Assembly: GCA_028023455.1 (NCBI GenBank)
Contig: JAQFVV010000005.1
Location: 22,506,001-22,570,000, forward strand
DNA: 64,000 nt
Reading direction: 5' to 3'
From: Epiperipatus broadwayi
Lineage: Eukaryota > Animalia > Onychophora
This document shows positions 63,725 through 64,000 of the stretch, piece after piece. Both the position numbers and the translations under genes were made by a program. Every line of letters begins with the position of its first letter. Position 1 is the first letter of the stretch. The notes below the pieces were generated by a model. It was given only the letters and a program-made list of their open reading frames with translations, was not told the DNA's origin and did not search any database.

Positions 63725-63918
63725 TATCATACCATTTACACCTTTTTAGACACTTTATCAATACTTTTATTTGTATTAAACTAACAGTTTCGACTGTCCT
63801 GCAGTCATCATCAGAGCTCTTGTAAGCTCTGATGATGACTGCAGAACAATCGAAACTGTTAGTTTAATACAAATAAAAGTATTGATAAAGTGTCTAAAAA
63901 GGTGTAAATGGTATGATA
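63725..63918. repeat. Near-perfect hairpin (about 94-bp arms, 6-nt loop), each arm with an HHR motif
   Basis: The arms differ at only a couple of positions. Confidence 0.92.
63778..63819 (-). ncRNA. Minimal hammerhead-like motif (extra U after A9, GUU site)
   Basis: Minus strand GAGCT CTGATGA T GACTG CAGGA CAGTC GAAAC T GTT AGTTT. Confidence 0.6.
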
Positions 63919-64000
63919 TATTATAATAGAAATCAATACATAGGAAAAGAAGTAGAAAATTATGTTATATTGTTGTAATATGTAATTATAATAAATAAAC

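Overview
Very AT-rich eukaryotic genomic DNA, probably from an invertebrate (arthropod-like repeats; the organism cannot be determined from the sequence). Host gene: the window lies inside one large + strand gene. I can reconstruct 16 small GT-AG exons (93-141 bp, 3892-63656), all phase 1-1, each encoding exactly one EGF-like Cys module. Spliced in order they give 1962 nt (654 codons) with no stop. No start/signal-peptide exon or definite terminal exon was found, so the gene appears open at both ends, and I give no gene symbol. Intronic mobile DNA: two decayed Gypsy (Mag-like) LTR retrotransposons with nested inserts, solo LTRs, RTE and other LINE fragments, a tRNA-type SINE and a Tigger/pogo-like TIR element. 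Palindromic insertions: the introns also carry many of these, and several contain minimal type I hammerhead ribozyme (HHR) motifs. One family (about 8 clear copies plus older ones) has 11-13 bp TSDs, a fixed inverted-arm end and a one-sided tail, which is the architecture of Penelope-like/retrozyme elements. The intact-looking ribozyme cores are all antisense to the host gene, while the sense copies are damaged. All calls are by eye; no database searches or folding programs were run.
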